This document shows, in pieces, positions 1 through 7,878 of a stretch of 64,000 nt of DNA (position 1 is the stretch's first letter; every line of letters starts with the position of its first letter). Below the pieces are notes generated by a model that was given only the letters and a program-made list of their open reading frames with translations, did no database searches and was not told the DNA's origin. This DNA is from a virus. Its lineage: Duplodnaviria > Caudoviricetes. Position numbers and translations under genes: made by a program. The DNA is taken from positions 1 to 64,000 of the IMG/VR virus record IMGVR_UViG_3300008255_000118. One strand, given 5' to 3'.

Positions 1-488
1 GCCTTTTCAGCATCTGTAACATATCTTTTATCTAAAGAATCTTGAATGTCAGAAGTAAATGCATCACTTCCACTTGTTACTAACCCATTAGAATCATAAA
101 CTATTTTAGTTTTTGCAGCACTTGCAATTGGCCCGTTTTTATCTAATTTAGTATCTTGTAAAGTTTTACCCATATTAGCTGATAAAGCTTCTGTAGTACT
201 TATGGATGTAAGTGTATCGTTTACTATTGTAGTTGTTCCTGCCTCTAAGAGAACTAAATCAACGTCTGCTATTCCGCCAACATAGTGGTATAGTGTTGGT
301 GTACCCGTAATATAGTTGCCTGAACCATCCTTAGTACCATCAGGAATGATAACAACTTCCATGCCCACGTGTCTGTCATTAGTTCCTAGGGCTGCATTTG
401 CTAAAAGAACGCTATCATAGGGGCCTCTTCTCTTATCTAACTCTTCTCTTGATGAACTCTTAAACCCTGTTATAATTTCTATAGCCAT
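1..488 (-). CDS. tail fibre-like virion protein, N-terminal part (runs off the window edge)
   Basis: Not in the ORF track; translated by hand from ATG at 488: MAIEIITGFKSSSREELDKRRG...VNDTLTSISTTEALSANMGKTLQDTKLDK...KIVYDSNGLVTSG. Open to position 1. The DTLTS..T.ALSAN.GK.L and YD..GLVT.G segments resemble phage tail-fibre repeats. Confidence 0.7.
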   Translation of the reverse strand, partial: MAIEIITGFKSSSREELDKRRGPYDSVLLANAALGTNDRHVGMEVVIIPDGTKDGSGNYITGTPTLYHYVGGIADVDLVLLEAGTTTIVNDTLTSISTTEALSANMGKTLQDTKLDKNGPIASAAKTKIVYDSNGLVTSGSDAFTSDIQDSLDKRYVTDAEK

Positions 489-499
489 TATCTTATATT

Positions 500-1450
500 T
501 TAGAAGTTGAACTGAAAGGTTTGGTTAATAGTTGTAACCGAGTTAGACCTGTAAACATTGTAACTCTGTGTATAGTTAGAGCCTAAACCTGTACTTGTAA
601 CATCATAAGTACTTTTCGTAAAAGATGCTGTTACATTGAACCCATTACCATCTAAGATAGTAGTCAAATTTCCATAAGAAGCAGGATAAGCAAAATACAA
701 ATATTGATCTGTTGCATTTAATGCTACTGATTTATTTGATTTTTCTGTTAATGATTTTGTCAAAGTTGTATAAACGCCTGTCCCAGCAACTAAAGCTGAG
801 GCAGATACTCCATAGAAGAAAGGTAGCATCCCTACTACAGTTAGAGTGTTTACTATGTTGCCTACTCCTCTATATGCATCAAATATTGTTGATGCATTGC
901 CTCTACTGTCATAGTAGATCCCACTACCAGCACCATAGCCCTCTGTTACAGTCCAAGTATTGTTGCCTAATAGTGCTGGTGTGTTTAGTATGCCTGTCAC
1001 AGGGTCTATACCTGTACCGCTATATACTTTAGAAGTACTAAGACCAGTTAAGTATACATCTGGGTGTGCATCTTTGCTATCTATAATGCCTCTTGTAAAT
1101 AAAGAAGATAGCGTTTGAGTTAGTTGTGTACCAAGTTCTATAGAACCTGATATCCCCGTAAAGGATAAACTGTTATCAGTTTTGGTAGGCAATACAAGAG
1201 GGGCTGCTAATATTGCATCTAGAATAGCCTCTACTGTAGTACCAACAGGAAAAGTATCATTCGTGGCTACACCACCTACTGGAGTTGCTGCGACTATTTC
1301 TGAAACTAAGTTCCCACCACCTACTTGTGACTTTAAAATACTCCATGGTATGTGTCTAGCAGCTCCCCCTACTACTGAAACTATCTTAGTGGTATCCACT
1401 GGTGGGTCCTCTTGTATAGGAGCTGAAATTTTACTAGAATAACTTGTCAT
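500..1450 (-). CDS. virion structural / tail fibre-associated protein
   Basis: 316 aa, T/G/S-rich beta-type composition; C-terminal YLYFAYPASYGNLTTILDGNGFNV segment; next to tail fibre gene. Confidence 0.55.
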   Translation of the reverse strand: MTSYSSKISAPIQEDPPVDTTKIVSVVGGAARHIPWSILKSQVGGGNLVSEIVAATPVGGVATNDTFPVGTTVEAILDAILAAPLVLPTKTDNSLSFTGISGSIELGTQLTQTLSSLFTRGIIDSKDAHPDVYLTGLSTSKVYSGTGIDPVTGILNTPALLGNNTWTVTEGYGAGSGIYYDSRGNASTIFDAYRGVGNIVNTLTVVGMLPFFYGVSASALVAGTGVYTTLTKSLTEKSNKSVALNATDQYLYFAYPASYGNLTTILDGNGFNVTASFTKSTYDVTSTGLGSNYTQSYNVYRSNSVTTINQTFQFNF

Positions 1451-1460
1451 CTCTTTTCTT

Positions 1461-1697
1461 TCAAATTGTTATTATCATCCCTCCCCAGTTATCATAGACT
1501 AGTGAGTTGTTAAAGTCTGTAGAATCTCCTCCAAGATATGTCCCTAATAGAAACCCATTGGGGATTGCACCATCTACTACATCACCAATCTCTAAAGTAC
1601 AGACATTAATAGGGTCTGTATTAGTTATACTCTTGTATAATAGAAACTTTAAGTTGTCTATTAATATGGTAGGGACCTTTATTCCTGTTACTGCCAT
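1461..1697 (-). CDS. small virion protein, paralogous to the C-terminal domain of the baseplate protein at 52956-54635
   Basis: 28 of 42 residues identical, ungapped, to the end of ORF 52956-54635 (TYLGGD.TDF.NSLVY.NWGG). Confidence 0.65.
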   Translation of the reverse strand: MAVTGIKVPTILIDNLKFLLYKSITNTDPINVCTLEIGDVVDGAIPNGFLLGTYLGGDSTDFNNSLVYDNWGGMIITI

Positions 1698-1746
1698 TTT
1701 AGAATTCTTTAATTAAGCAATATGATACTCTCTTTTGTTTCTCTTC

Positions 1747-2121
1747 TTATATTTTTTGAACAACAAGAACTGTTACTCTTCCAGCAGCACCAAAGGTTAC
1801 AGCTGATAGATCTATTACTAAGTATCTACCTGTGATATCTACTAACCCAAAAGCACTTGTTTTAGCACTCTCTGTAAAGGCAACAGTTGTAGTAGCCCCT
1901 GGGATAACTACTCCAGGACCATTAACTGTATTTCTCTGTTTAAGAGCGCCATTACCAACAGCGCCTGTCCCAGCACCACAAAAGACCTCTATAGAAGCTT
2001 TGGAGAAGCCTAACATGTCTACTACTAAGTCTGGGAATGCTTTGTCTAAAGCTAGGTCAAACTCAAATCTAACCTCTCTCCCACTTACATTACTATCTGA
2101 TGATTCTCTAGTTTGTTTCAT
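1747..2121 (-). CDS. putative virion/decoration protein
   Basis: 124 aa, G/A/V/T-rich beta-type composition, within the structural cluster. Confidence 0.45.
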   Translation of the reverse strand: MKQTRESSDSNVSGREVRFEFDLALDKAFPDLVVDMLGFSKASIEVFCGAGTGAVGNGALKQRNTVNGPGVVIPGATTTVAFTESAKTSAFGLVDITGRYLVIDLSAVTFGAAGRVTVLVVQKI

Positions 2122-2140
2122 TGTCTTCTAACTTTGTATA

Positions 2141-2174
2141 AAAATAAAAAAAAACTACTAAATTAGTAGCTTTT
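2141..2174 (-). terminator. intrinsic terminator
   Basis: Minus strand GCTACTA-ATT-TAGTAGT hairpin followed by a long T run, downstream of ORF 2208-2600. Confidence 0.65.
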
Positions 2175-2207
2175 CCTCTGTATGTTCTTTTTAGTCAACT
2201 TCTGTGC

Positions 2208-2600
2208 CTATACTAACAACTCATCTCTAGCCTGCTTACATGTTGATACTGTCAGGCATAGATTTGTCTCATCATATTCTTTAAATACTGTGTGTCTATA
2301 TGAATGACTATTAATTAGATTAGTTATAGAGCTACTCTCTAATTGCCCAATCATGTTTAAGTAACTCTTTTCTAGACTCTTTGTGGTAGAAAATGTTTTA
2401 TTAGCACTCTGGCTGTCTAAAACTAGATTCTGTACAACTATAACACCTGTAATACTTACCTGTATCATGTCTATCTTAATACTGTTTCCAATATCAACTG
2501 AAATGGGATTTGAATTTTGGACCTGGTCGGTGGTAAACCCGTACTCAGTGAAAGCACTTAACATAAATGCTAACATAAAGACTCTAATGATTGATTTCAT
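2208..2600 (-). CDS. hypothetical exported/membrane protein
   Basis: N-terminus MKSIIRVFMLAFMLSAFT resembles a signal peptide. Confidence 0.55.
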   Translation of the reverse strand: MKSIIRVFMLAFMLSAFTEYGFTTDQVQNSNPISVDIGNSIKIDMIQVSITGVIVVQNLVLDSQSANKTFSTTKSLEKSYLNMIGQLESSSITNLINSHSYRHTVFKEYDETNLCLTVSTCKQARDELLV

Positions 2601-2620
2601 GCCCTAAATATAATATAAAC
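2601..2620 (-). promoter_or_regulatory. putative -7-type promoter element 4 nt upstream of ATG
   Basis: Minus strand TTATAT-TATATTTA-GGGC-ATG; same geometry at 57793-57814. Confidence 0.35.
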
Positions 2621-2643
2621 TAACAATTCTATGACTACTCACT

Positions 2644-3729
2644 TTAACTATTTTCTATGTTTCTCGTGATAGTGTGGTTTATCAATGTAAGATAGTTCTT
2701 ATTCTCTAGAACCTTCTGACTCAATATCTCTAACATCTTCTTACCCTTTAGCAGTTCGCCACTTGATACTTCTTGATACTCAATATCTTGTATTGGCTGT
2801 TCTATTTCATGCATCTTCCCAATTGCTGTCCAATCATAGACCATTTGTGATGGGTAGAGAGGTTGTTCCTTTAAGTCCTCTAAACTAGTAGTCTCTACTC
2901 CACTAAACTTTGCATAGATTGATGAGTGTAGTCTCTCCAGAATGGTAGAGGGATTTACTTTCAAAGAAGATGCTACTCTGCCTACTATAATTTCTAAAAT
3001 AGGTAAGTTTTTTAGTATGTCTTCTTTTATAGTTTGATTAATTGTAGCCTCTATTCTACCACTTATATGATGTTCAATCTTCAATGTTGGATCTTGACAC
3101 TCTTCTTTGATTATCTTGATAGTTTGGATTAGCTGTATGTAATCTAGTCTATTCTTTCCCTCCTCCAGATATATCCCTTTTCTGTCAAAGTATAGTTCCT
3201 GTAACTCCTCTAATCTGCCTCTTCTATGTGATAACTTTAGAGCACTCCACTCTGTCTTGTACTCTTCCTTTTTCTTGTTAATTTCTCTCTCATAGTCAAC
3301 TTGGAATTGATTTAGAGGGTGTCTATTTATTTCCATCCCCCACTCTCCTGTTACTATCTTATAGACCTGATCTGTAGAAAGAAAGGAGCCAAAAAGTTCT
3401 ATCAACTCTAGAGACTTAGATCTTAGTAGTTGGTTTGATTCTGAACCCTGTTTCTTAGGTAAACTGATAAAGGCATCTCTCCCTGCCCTAATAATTGCTC
3501 CTCTAAGATTTTTATACTCTTGAAATATATCTCTCAACTCCTCCTGTTCCTCGTGGTCTAAGTGCTCTATCAACTTTGTAAAGTAATCTTTTGGCATCAT
3601 CATAGATTTCCCTAACCTAATGGGATCCATGGATGGGTCTGTAGTAGTAACTTCTGCTTTAAGTATTAGTGGGTTGTTTTTGAGCTTAACATATGTGTCA
3701 TAAGCTTTTTTATTCTTTATATTCTTCAT
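2644..3729 (-). CDS. hypothetical helical protein, possible terminase small subunit
   Basis: 361 aa; HRRGRLEELQELY segment recalls DUF2280/TerS-type proteins; weak. Confidence 0.35.
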   Translation of the reverse strand: MKNIKNKKAYDTYVKLKNNPLILKAEVTTTDPSMDPIRLGKSMMMPKDYFTKLIEHLDHEEQEELRDIFQEYKNLRGAIIRAGRDAFISLPKKQGSESNQLLRSKSLELIELFGSFLSTDQVYKIVTGEWGMEINRHPLNQFQVDYEREINKKKEEYKTEWSALKLSHRRGRLEELQELYFDRKGIYLEEGKNRLDYIQLIQTIKIIKEECQDPTLKIEHHISGRIEATINQTIKEDILKNLPILEIIVGRVASSLKVNPSTILERLHSSIYAKFSGVETTSLEDLKEQPLYPSQMVYDWTAIGKMHEIEQPIQDIEYQEVSSGELLKGKKMLEILSQKVLENKNYLTLINHTITRNIENS

Positions 3730-3742
3730 TCTAGCCTGGGGT

Positions 3743-4147
3743 TTAATTTATTCTTCTAAGTTTTACACTATCCCATCTCCCAATTGGCATATCTTCATTG
3801 ACTAGTATATCGATTCTATTGGTATATCTCTTATTCATCTTATCCTGTACAGTATAGACACCATCATAGTCAGTGCCTTCAACTAGTACTTGAGTACCAT
3901 TAGGGAATTGAGTTAGTAGATCTCTGGATACTGCAACTATCTTATGCTTAAAGGGATTCAGAGAATCAATACAGTACATAAAAGCTGTATGAAATGGGTC
4001 CTCATTTGTTTGAGATCTTACTGCACTATAGACTGTGGCAGTTACTTCAACAGCATCACTAACAATATCTTCAAATACTGATTCAGGAGATGGTGCATAA
4101 AGAGTTCGGGCTACTAAGAGAAATACTAAAGTGGTCAACTCTTTCAT
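3743..4147 (-). CDS. 3D-domain (double-psi barrel) cell-wall protein with N-terminal hydrophobic anchor
   Basis: VTATVYS...VAVSRDLL...VQDKMNKRYTNRIDIL matches the 3D-domain pattern; likely start MKELTT at 4147 (ORF track start 4177 overlaps upstream gene). Confidence 0.75.
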   Translation of the reverse strand: MKELTTLVFLLVARTLYAPSPESVFEDIVSDAVEVTATVYSAVRSQTNEDPFHTAFMYCIDSLNPFKHKIVAVSRDLLTQFPNGTQVLVEGTDYDGVYTVQDKMNKRYTNRIDILVNEDMPIGRWDSVKLRRIN

Positions 4148-4157
4148 AATAAGAATA

Positions 4158-4349
4158 CTAAAACATTCTATATACAATCACACAGATCCAGCCTATAATA
4201 GACCAACAGATTACTGACCCTACAACTAAAAATATTAGTCCGCCTAAGCAACTTCTATTTTCGCGTTCTTTACTATAATACTCTTCTTCTGATTCAGTCA
4301 TACTATTTAATTTAATTGTTTTCATACTATTTAATTTAATTGTTTTCAT
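4158..4349 (-). CDS. small membrane protein
   Basis: C-terminal hydrophobic helix GLIFLVVGSVICWSIIGWICVIV; start ambiguous (4349, 4325 or 4301) because of the tandem duplication. Confidence 0.55.
   Translation of the reverse strand: MKTIKLNSMKTIKLNSMTESEEEYYSKERENRSCLGGLIFLVVGSVICWSIIGWICVIVYRMF
4299..4349. repeat. 24-bp tandem duplication (2 copies plus cat)
   Basis: catactatttaatttaattgtttt at 4299-4322 and 4323-4346. Confidence 0.95.
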
Positions 4350-4358
4350 AACTAGTCT

Positions 4359-4760
4359 CTAGATAACTAGTACTGAAGTTTCAGCTAAGACTCTATCCAG
4401 TACTTGTTGTTCAATGATACTCTTAAGAAGAGCAGCCATTCTATAGTTCTCCTCCTCTATAGCCATAAGCAAGTAGGGATATAGTCTATCTCTTCTACAG
4501 AAGTGTGTTGAATGTGTCCAGCTAAGTCCTCTATTAGATGAGGTCGTCCCACATCTACCACAAGTAACTTTAGTCGTCTCTAGCCTTGGAGATGGGAGTA
4601 GACCTATATTAATAGTCTGGTCCCCACACTTCTCACAGAAACTAACAGCACATACCACATAAGTACACCCTATCACTCTAAGCTGACTACTAGGATCTAA
4701 GGGATTCTTAGTTGATAGAGATACTACTTTCTCCCCTACTCTAAACTTGTCTGTTTTCAT
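4359..4760 (-). CDS. Zn-ribbon protein with C-terminal UVR-like helix
   Basis: CEKC and CGRC pairs; LLMAIEEENYRMAALLKSII resembles the UVR (UvrB/C) motif. Confidence 0.5.
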   Translation of the reverse strand: MKTDKFRVGEKVVSLSTKNPLDPSSQLRVIGCTYVVCAVSFCEKCGDQTINIGLLPSPRLETTKVTCGRCGTTSSNRGLSWTHSTHFCRRDRLYPYLLMAIEEENYRMAALLKSIIEQQVLDRVLAETSVLVI

Positions 4761-4763
4761 CTT

Positions 4764-5036
4764 CTATAAATATTCTGCTAATCTCTTAACCCACTTAGGG
4801 TCGTTTAGCTTGTTGTGTAATGATTCTAACTCATGCTCGAACTTCTCTCTAGTCTGGCCTATAGCCAATTGACTCTCTGGGACTCTAATAGTAGCATAAG
4901 CTTGTAGAGCCTGGAATGGCTCTTCAAACTCTATTACTGTCCCTACCTTCATAGTGTTGTCTTTGTAATTATACTCACAAAGATATAAAATACCTAAAGT
5001 ATTCTCTTGAATCTCATTCCCTAAAAATGTTTTCAT
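4764..5036 (-). CDS. hypothetical protein
   Basis: 90 aa ORF, tightly packed, coding-like composition. Confidence 0.55.
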   Translation of the reverse strand: MKTFLGNEIQENTLGILYLCEYNYKDNTMKVGTVIEFEEPFQALQAYATIRVPESQLAIGQTREKFEHELESLHNKLNDPKWVKRLAEYL

Positions 5037-5068
5037 GCTCTTCTGTATCTATAACTGTTAATAGTCTG

Positions 5069-5293
5069 TTAAGCTATTCGTCCCTGTAAAGCTATCATCT
5101 CTGTAGTTACAGTAGTCTTTCTTTTTATGACTCTCTTATTAGAAAGTTTTACGTCTTGTAGTAGAGAAAATGTTTCTCTCCCTCTAAACCCACATACTCT
5201 ACCCTTCCCTTCCTCTAATGATAGTTGGGCAGAACCTACATACTTATTGTTCACTAGATAGTCTACACTATATGCGAATATATGAAATATCAT
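5069..5293 (-). CDS. hypothetical protein
   Basis: 74 aa ORF with 4-nt start/stop overlap to the upstream gene. Confidence 0.55.
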   Translation of the reverse strand: MIFHIFAYSVDYLVNNKYVGSAQLSLEEGKGRVCGFRGRETFSLLQDVKLSNKRVIKRKTTVTTEMIALQGRIA

Positions 5294-5562
5294 AATCTTA
5301 TTTCTTTCATCTCATCTATCTTCTTCTCCAGTGCCTCTATCTTAGAGATCACCTCCTGTATACTACTACACTCTAAGTTTATCTGTAGTGCACAGTACTT
5401 CTTCAAACAAGCTTTTACATCTGTATAGAACCACTGATCAAATACTTGTATAGGATTGCCTGTCTTAGGGTTCACTTCCCCTTTCTTATCTAGTATTAGA
5501 GAACATCCTGTTGTTGATGTTTCCACTCTATAACTCTCATCTATTTTAATTGATCTGCTCAT
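5290..5562 (-). CDS. hypothetical protein
   Basis: 90 aa ORF with C-terminal coiled coil. Confidence 0.6.
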   Translation of the reverse strand: MSRSIKIDESYRVETSTTGCSLILDKKGEVNPKTGNPIQVFDQWFYTDVKACLKKYCALQINLECSSIQEVISKIEALEKKIDEMKEIRL

Positions 5563-5693
5563 AGTTTCTATTTTAATACTTTGGTATACTCTGTCTTTGT
5601 CTTTCTATTTTCTTCTATACTATGTCTGTCTAAGAATCTGATTCTCTATCTCTAATATCCTGTCTACTAAGTGTTTCTAACAACTGTGAACAC

Positions 5694-5999
5694 TCAAACC
5701 ACAACGTGTTTGCATTTCTGTTGTCTCTTATACTTCTCATACATTTCGTGTATTCTCAACTTAACCAATGCTTGTATTTTGTAATCATTGAAATGCTTAA
5801 ACTCTGGCTCTGCTCTTGTTTTGCATATTATTTCAACTTCCTCATTCAATAAGAATGGGTGTCCGTGCCATAATTGATAGGCTTTGTCTTTTAACGTGAG
5901 TAAAAGCGACTTATAGTAACATCTAAATAAGATGTGCTGTCTTGTTCTTCGTTTGACAATCTTTTGATAATAATCTGTGTTCACTTTTCCTTTCTCCAT
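5694..5999 (-). CDS. hypothetical basic protein
   Basis: 101 aa ORF in tightly packed array. Confidence 0.5.
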   Translation of the reverse strand: MEKGKVNTDYYQKIVKRRTRQHILFRCYYKSLLLTLKDKAYQLWHGHPFLLNEEVEIICKTRAEPEFKHFNDYKIQALVKLRIHEMYEKYKRQQKCKHVVV

Positions 6000-6010
6000 A
6001 ATTCTTGACT

Positions 6011-6151
6011 TTAACTACAATCTGTAGACTCAAGCTCCCGATACTTTCTATTCATTTCAAATAGAAGTTCGGGGTCTGTAATGTCTTTGATATTTACTTC
6101 AATTTGTTTTCTCTGTTCTAAATTACTCAACTTCTCAAAATTAGTTAGCAT
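6011..6151 (-). CDS. small hypothetical protein (46 aa)
   Basis: Hand translation MLTNFEKLSNLEQRKQIEVNIKDITDPELLFEMNRKYRELESTDCS fills the gap. Confidence 0.5.
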   Translation of the reverse strand: MLTNFEKLSNLEQRKQIEVNIKDITDPELLFEMNRKYRELESTDCS

Positions 6152-6170
6152 TCATTTAATATATCAACAG

Positions 6171-6416
6171 CTATATCAGTTTTTGCATTCTTTCTAGTGC
6201 CTCTTTTTTAGACTCTCCCTTCCCTTCAACATAGTTGTCACTAAACTTAGGGTCAAAGGGACTTAGTGCTCTACTTTTCTCTAAATTATCTGTCTCTATT
6301 ATGGGAATTGGCATCCTACACCAAAACACTTCTCTCTTCTTTGAGTACACCCAGTAAACTTTATCTACTGATATCCCAATACTTCTATCAACATGAACTC
6401 TACTCATCTTTACCAA
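6171..6416 (-). CDS. hypothetical protein
   Basis: 81 aa ORF. Confidence 0.55.
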   Translation of the reverse strand: MVKMSRVHVDRSIGISVDKVYWVYSKKREVFWCRMPIPIIETDNLEKSRALSPFDPKFSDNYVEGKGESKKEALERMQKLI

Positions 6417-6425
6417 ACTTTTTGT

Positions 6426-6692
6426 TTAATTAATACTGTCTAAGTAAACTTGATATCGTCTGGCGTACTCTACTTCACTGTCAAAACTCATCTCTCTATC
6501 AGCACCATTCTCAGCAAGTTCAATATCAATCTCTCCCTGTCTTATACTAAGCCATTCATCAAATGTTACTGTACTCTTATCACACTTCTGCTTTCCTTCT
6601 GATGCTCTATAACCAGCATAGAAGGCTATCTCTAAGAGCATACTTGGTTCAAAGTTCTCTTTTTCTCTCCAGTCTCTATATGCCTGTTTCAT
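6426..6692 (-). CDS. hypothetical acidic protein
   Basis: 88 aa ORF. Confidence 0.55.
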   Translation of the reverse strand: MKQAYRDWREKENFEPSMLLEIAFYAGYRASEGKQKCDKSTVTFDEWLSIRQGEIDIELAENGADREMSFDSEVEYARRYQVYLDSIN

Positions 6693-7122
6693 TTCTCGAT
6701 TTCTTTCTTCTGTTTCTTAACTCTTCATGACTAATACAATTCTGACTCATTAAAGCTGTCCCTACCTCGCTAAATGAATTAGCTCTTTCAAAACAGGAGT
6801 TGATATAGTCTTTGATTTGTTCTCTATTGTCTGTTTTAAAGTACCCTTTACTAGTGGCAACTAGATTGGGGACTAAATTTTTTACTCTTATATAGTGATA
6901 GAGTTTTCTCATTCTTGGGCCACTTACTTTTGCTACTTTCCCTTTCTTAGAATAGATTCTGTATTTAACTAAATACTCATTCATCTTCTCTATCATCAAC
7001 TTCATATTCACAAGTTCATTAGGTTCTTTCCTTCCCCAAGATACCACTACTAGAGGAATCAAAACATTCTTCTCAAAAGTAGTAGGCTCATATGTAAGTG
7101 GTACAAACCCTGTTACTGACAT
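6676..7122 (-). CDS. hypothetical basic protein
   Basis: 148 aa ORF overlapping both neighbours. Confidence 0.6.
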   Translation of the reverse strand: MSVTGFVPLTYEPTTFEKNVLIPLVVVSWGRKEPNELVNMKLMIEKMNEYLVKYRIYSKKGKVAKVSGPRMRKLYHYIRVKNLVPNLVATSKGYFKTDNREQIKDYINSCFERANSFSEVGTALMSQNCISHEELRNRRKKSRNETGI

Positions 7123-7676
7123 ACCCTTCTATTTAAGTCTATTCTTCTTAAACCTTTATCAAAGTTCTTTAGATCATCCTTTGCAAACTGATTACTACTA
7201 GTTTTATATCTCACTGTGTAGTACCCTCTTTCTTTCTCCCAATCACCAACCTCTTTCTTTACATCTGTTAAGTCTTGTACTAATCTATCCTGTGTTGTAG
7301 GCGAAGCTGATTGTAGAACACTTCTTGGTATAACTAGATAAGGGTTCTGTTCTGATAATAGAGTCTCTACTCCGACTAATCTTCTTTCTGAACAAATCTC
7401 AGAATTTATGCTCACTTTCATTCTTCTCTTTAGCCATAAAGCATAGTTAGGGACTGAGAGATTCATGTTGCCTAGATTTCTAACACTGTTGTTAAAGTCT
7501 TCTTGAAGACTTATTGTCTGATGGGGCAATAGAAGGGAGAGTCTCTCTTCTAAAAGTAATTCTAGCTTCTCTACTATCCTTCTATTCTTAACTATAAGCA
7601 TAATTGCTATGAAAGATACTACTGCTAAAGCTACTGCTAAAGCTACTGCTACTCTGTTTAAAAACAACTGTTCCAT
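7113..7676 (-). CDS. membrane-anchored hypothetical phage protein
   Basis: N-terminal TM helix VAVALAVALAVVSFIAIMLIV; C-terminal YLVIPRSVLQS...QDRLV segment resembles a recurrent phage orphan family. Confidence 0.6.
   Translation of the reverse strand: MEQLFLNRVAVALAVALAVVSFIAIMLIVKNRRIVEKLELLLEERLSLLLPHQTISLQEDFNNSVRNLGNMNLSVPNYALWLKRRMKVSINSEICSERRLVGVETLLSEQNPYLVIPRSVLQSASPTTQDRLVQDLTDVKKEVGDWEKERGYYTVRYKTSSNQFAKDDLKNFDKGLRRIDLNRRVCQ
7619..7651. repeat. 12-bp in-frame tandem repeat
   Basis: ctactgctaaag x2 plus partial; lengthens the TM helix (AVALAVALAV). Confidence 0.85.
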
Positions 7677-7705
7677 GATATTTAATTTAATTTAATTGTT
7701 ACTAG

Positions 7706-7860
7706 TTTAAACCCAAGAGGTATAAAGACCCCCTCTGAAGACATCTTGGGTTTGTAAGTATTTGCATTCTCTCCAGAATCAAAGAACTTGGCATTTTAAG
7801 GAGGCATTGGTAACCTCTGAAGAAGTGTCTGCCGACACTATACTTTTCTTCTTACAAATG
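7706..7860 (-). ncRNA. candidate structured RNA / riboswitch-like leader
   Basis: Helices 7751-58/7851-58 (8 bp), 7824-29/7834-39 (GGCA GNRA loop on minus), 7801-05/7813-17 (G-U only on minus), 7761-70/7775-83 (one bulge), 7709-18/7744-53 (10 bp). Confidence 0.45.
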
Positions 7861-7878
7861 ATACACTCTCATCTCTCT

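Noticed and set aside
5563-5720. TAG-to-Gln recoding, suggested by a frame with three TAGs running into ORF 5290-5562
   Set aside because: Long conserved genes are intact in the standard code, and queF ends on TAG exactly at its expected C-terminus; the gap looks like a decayed small gene
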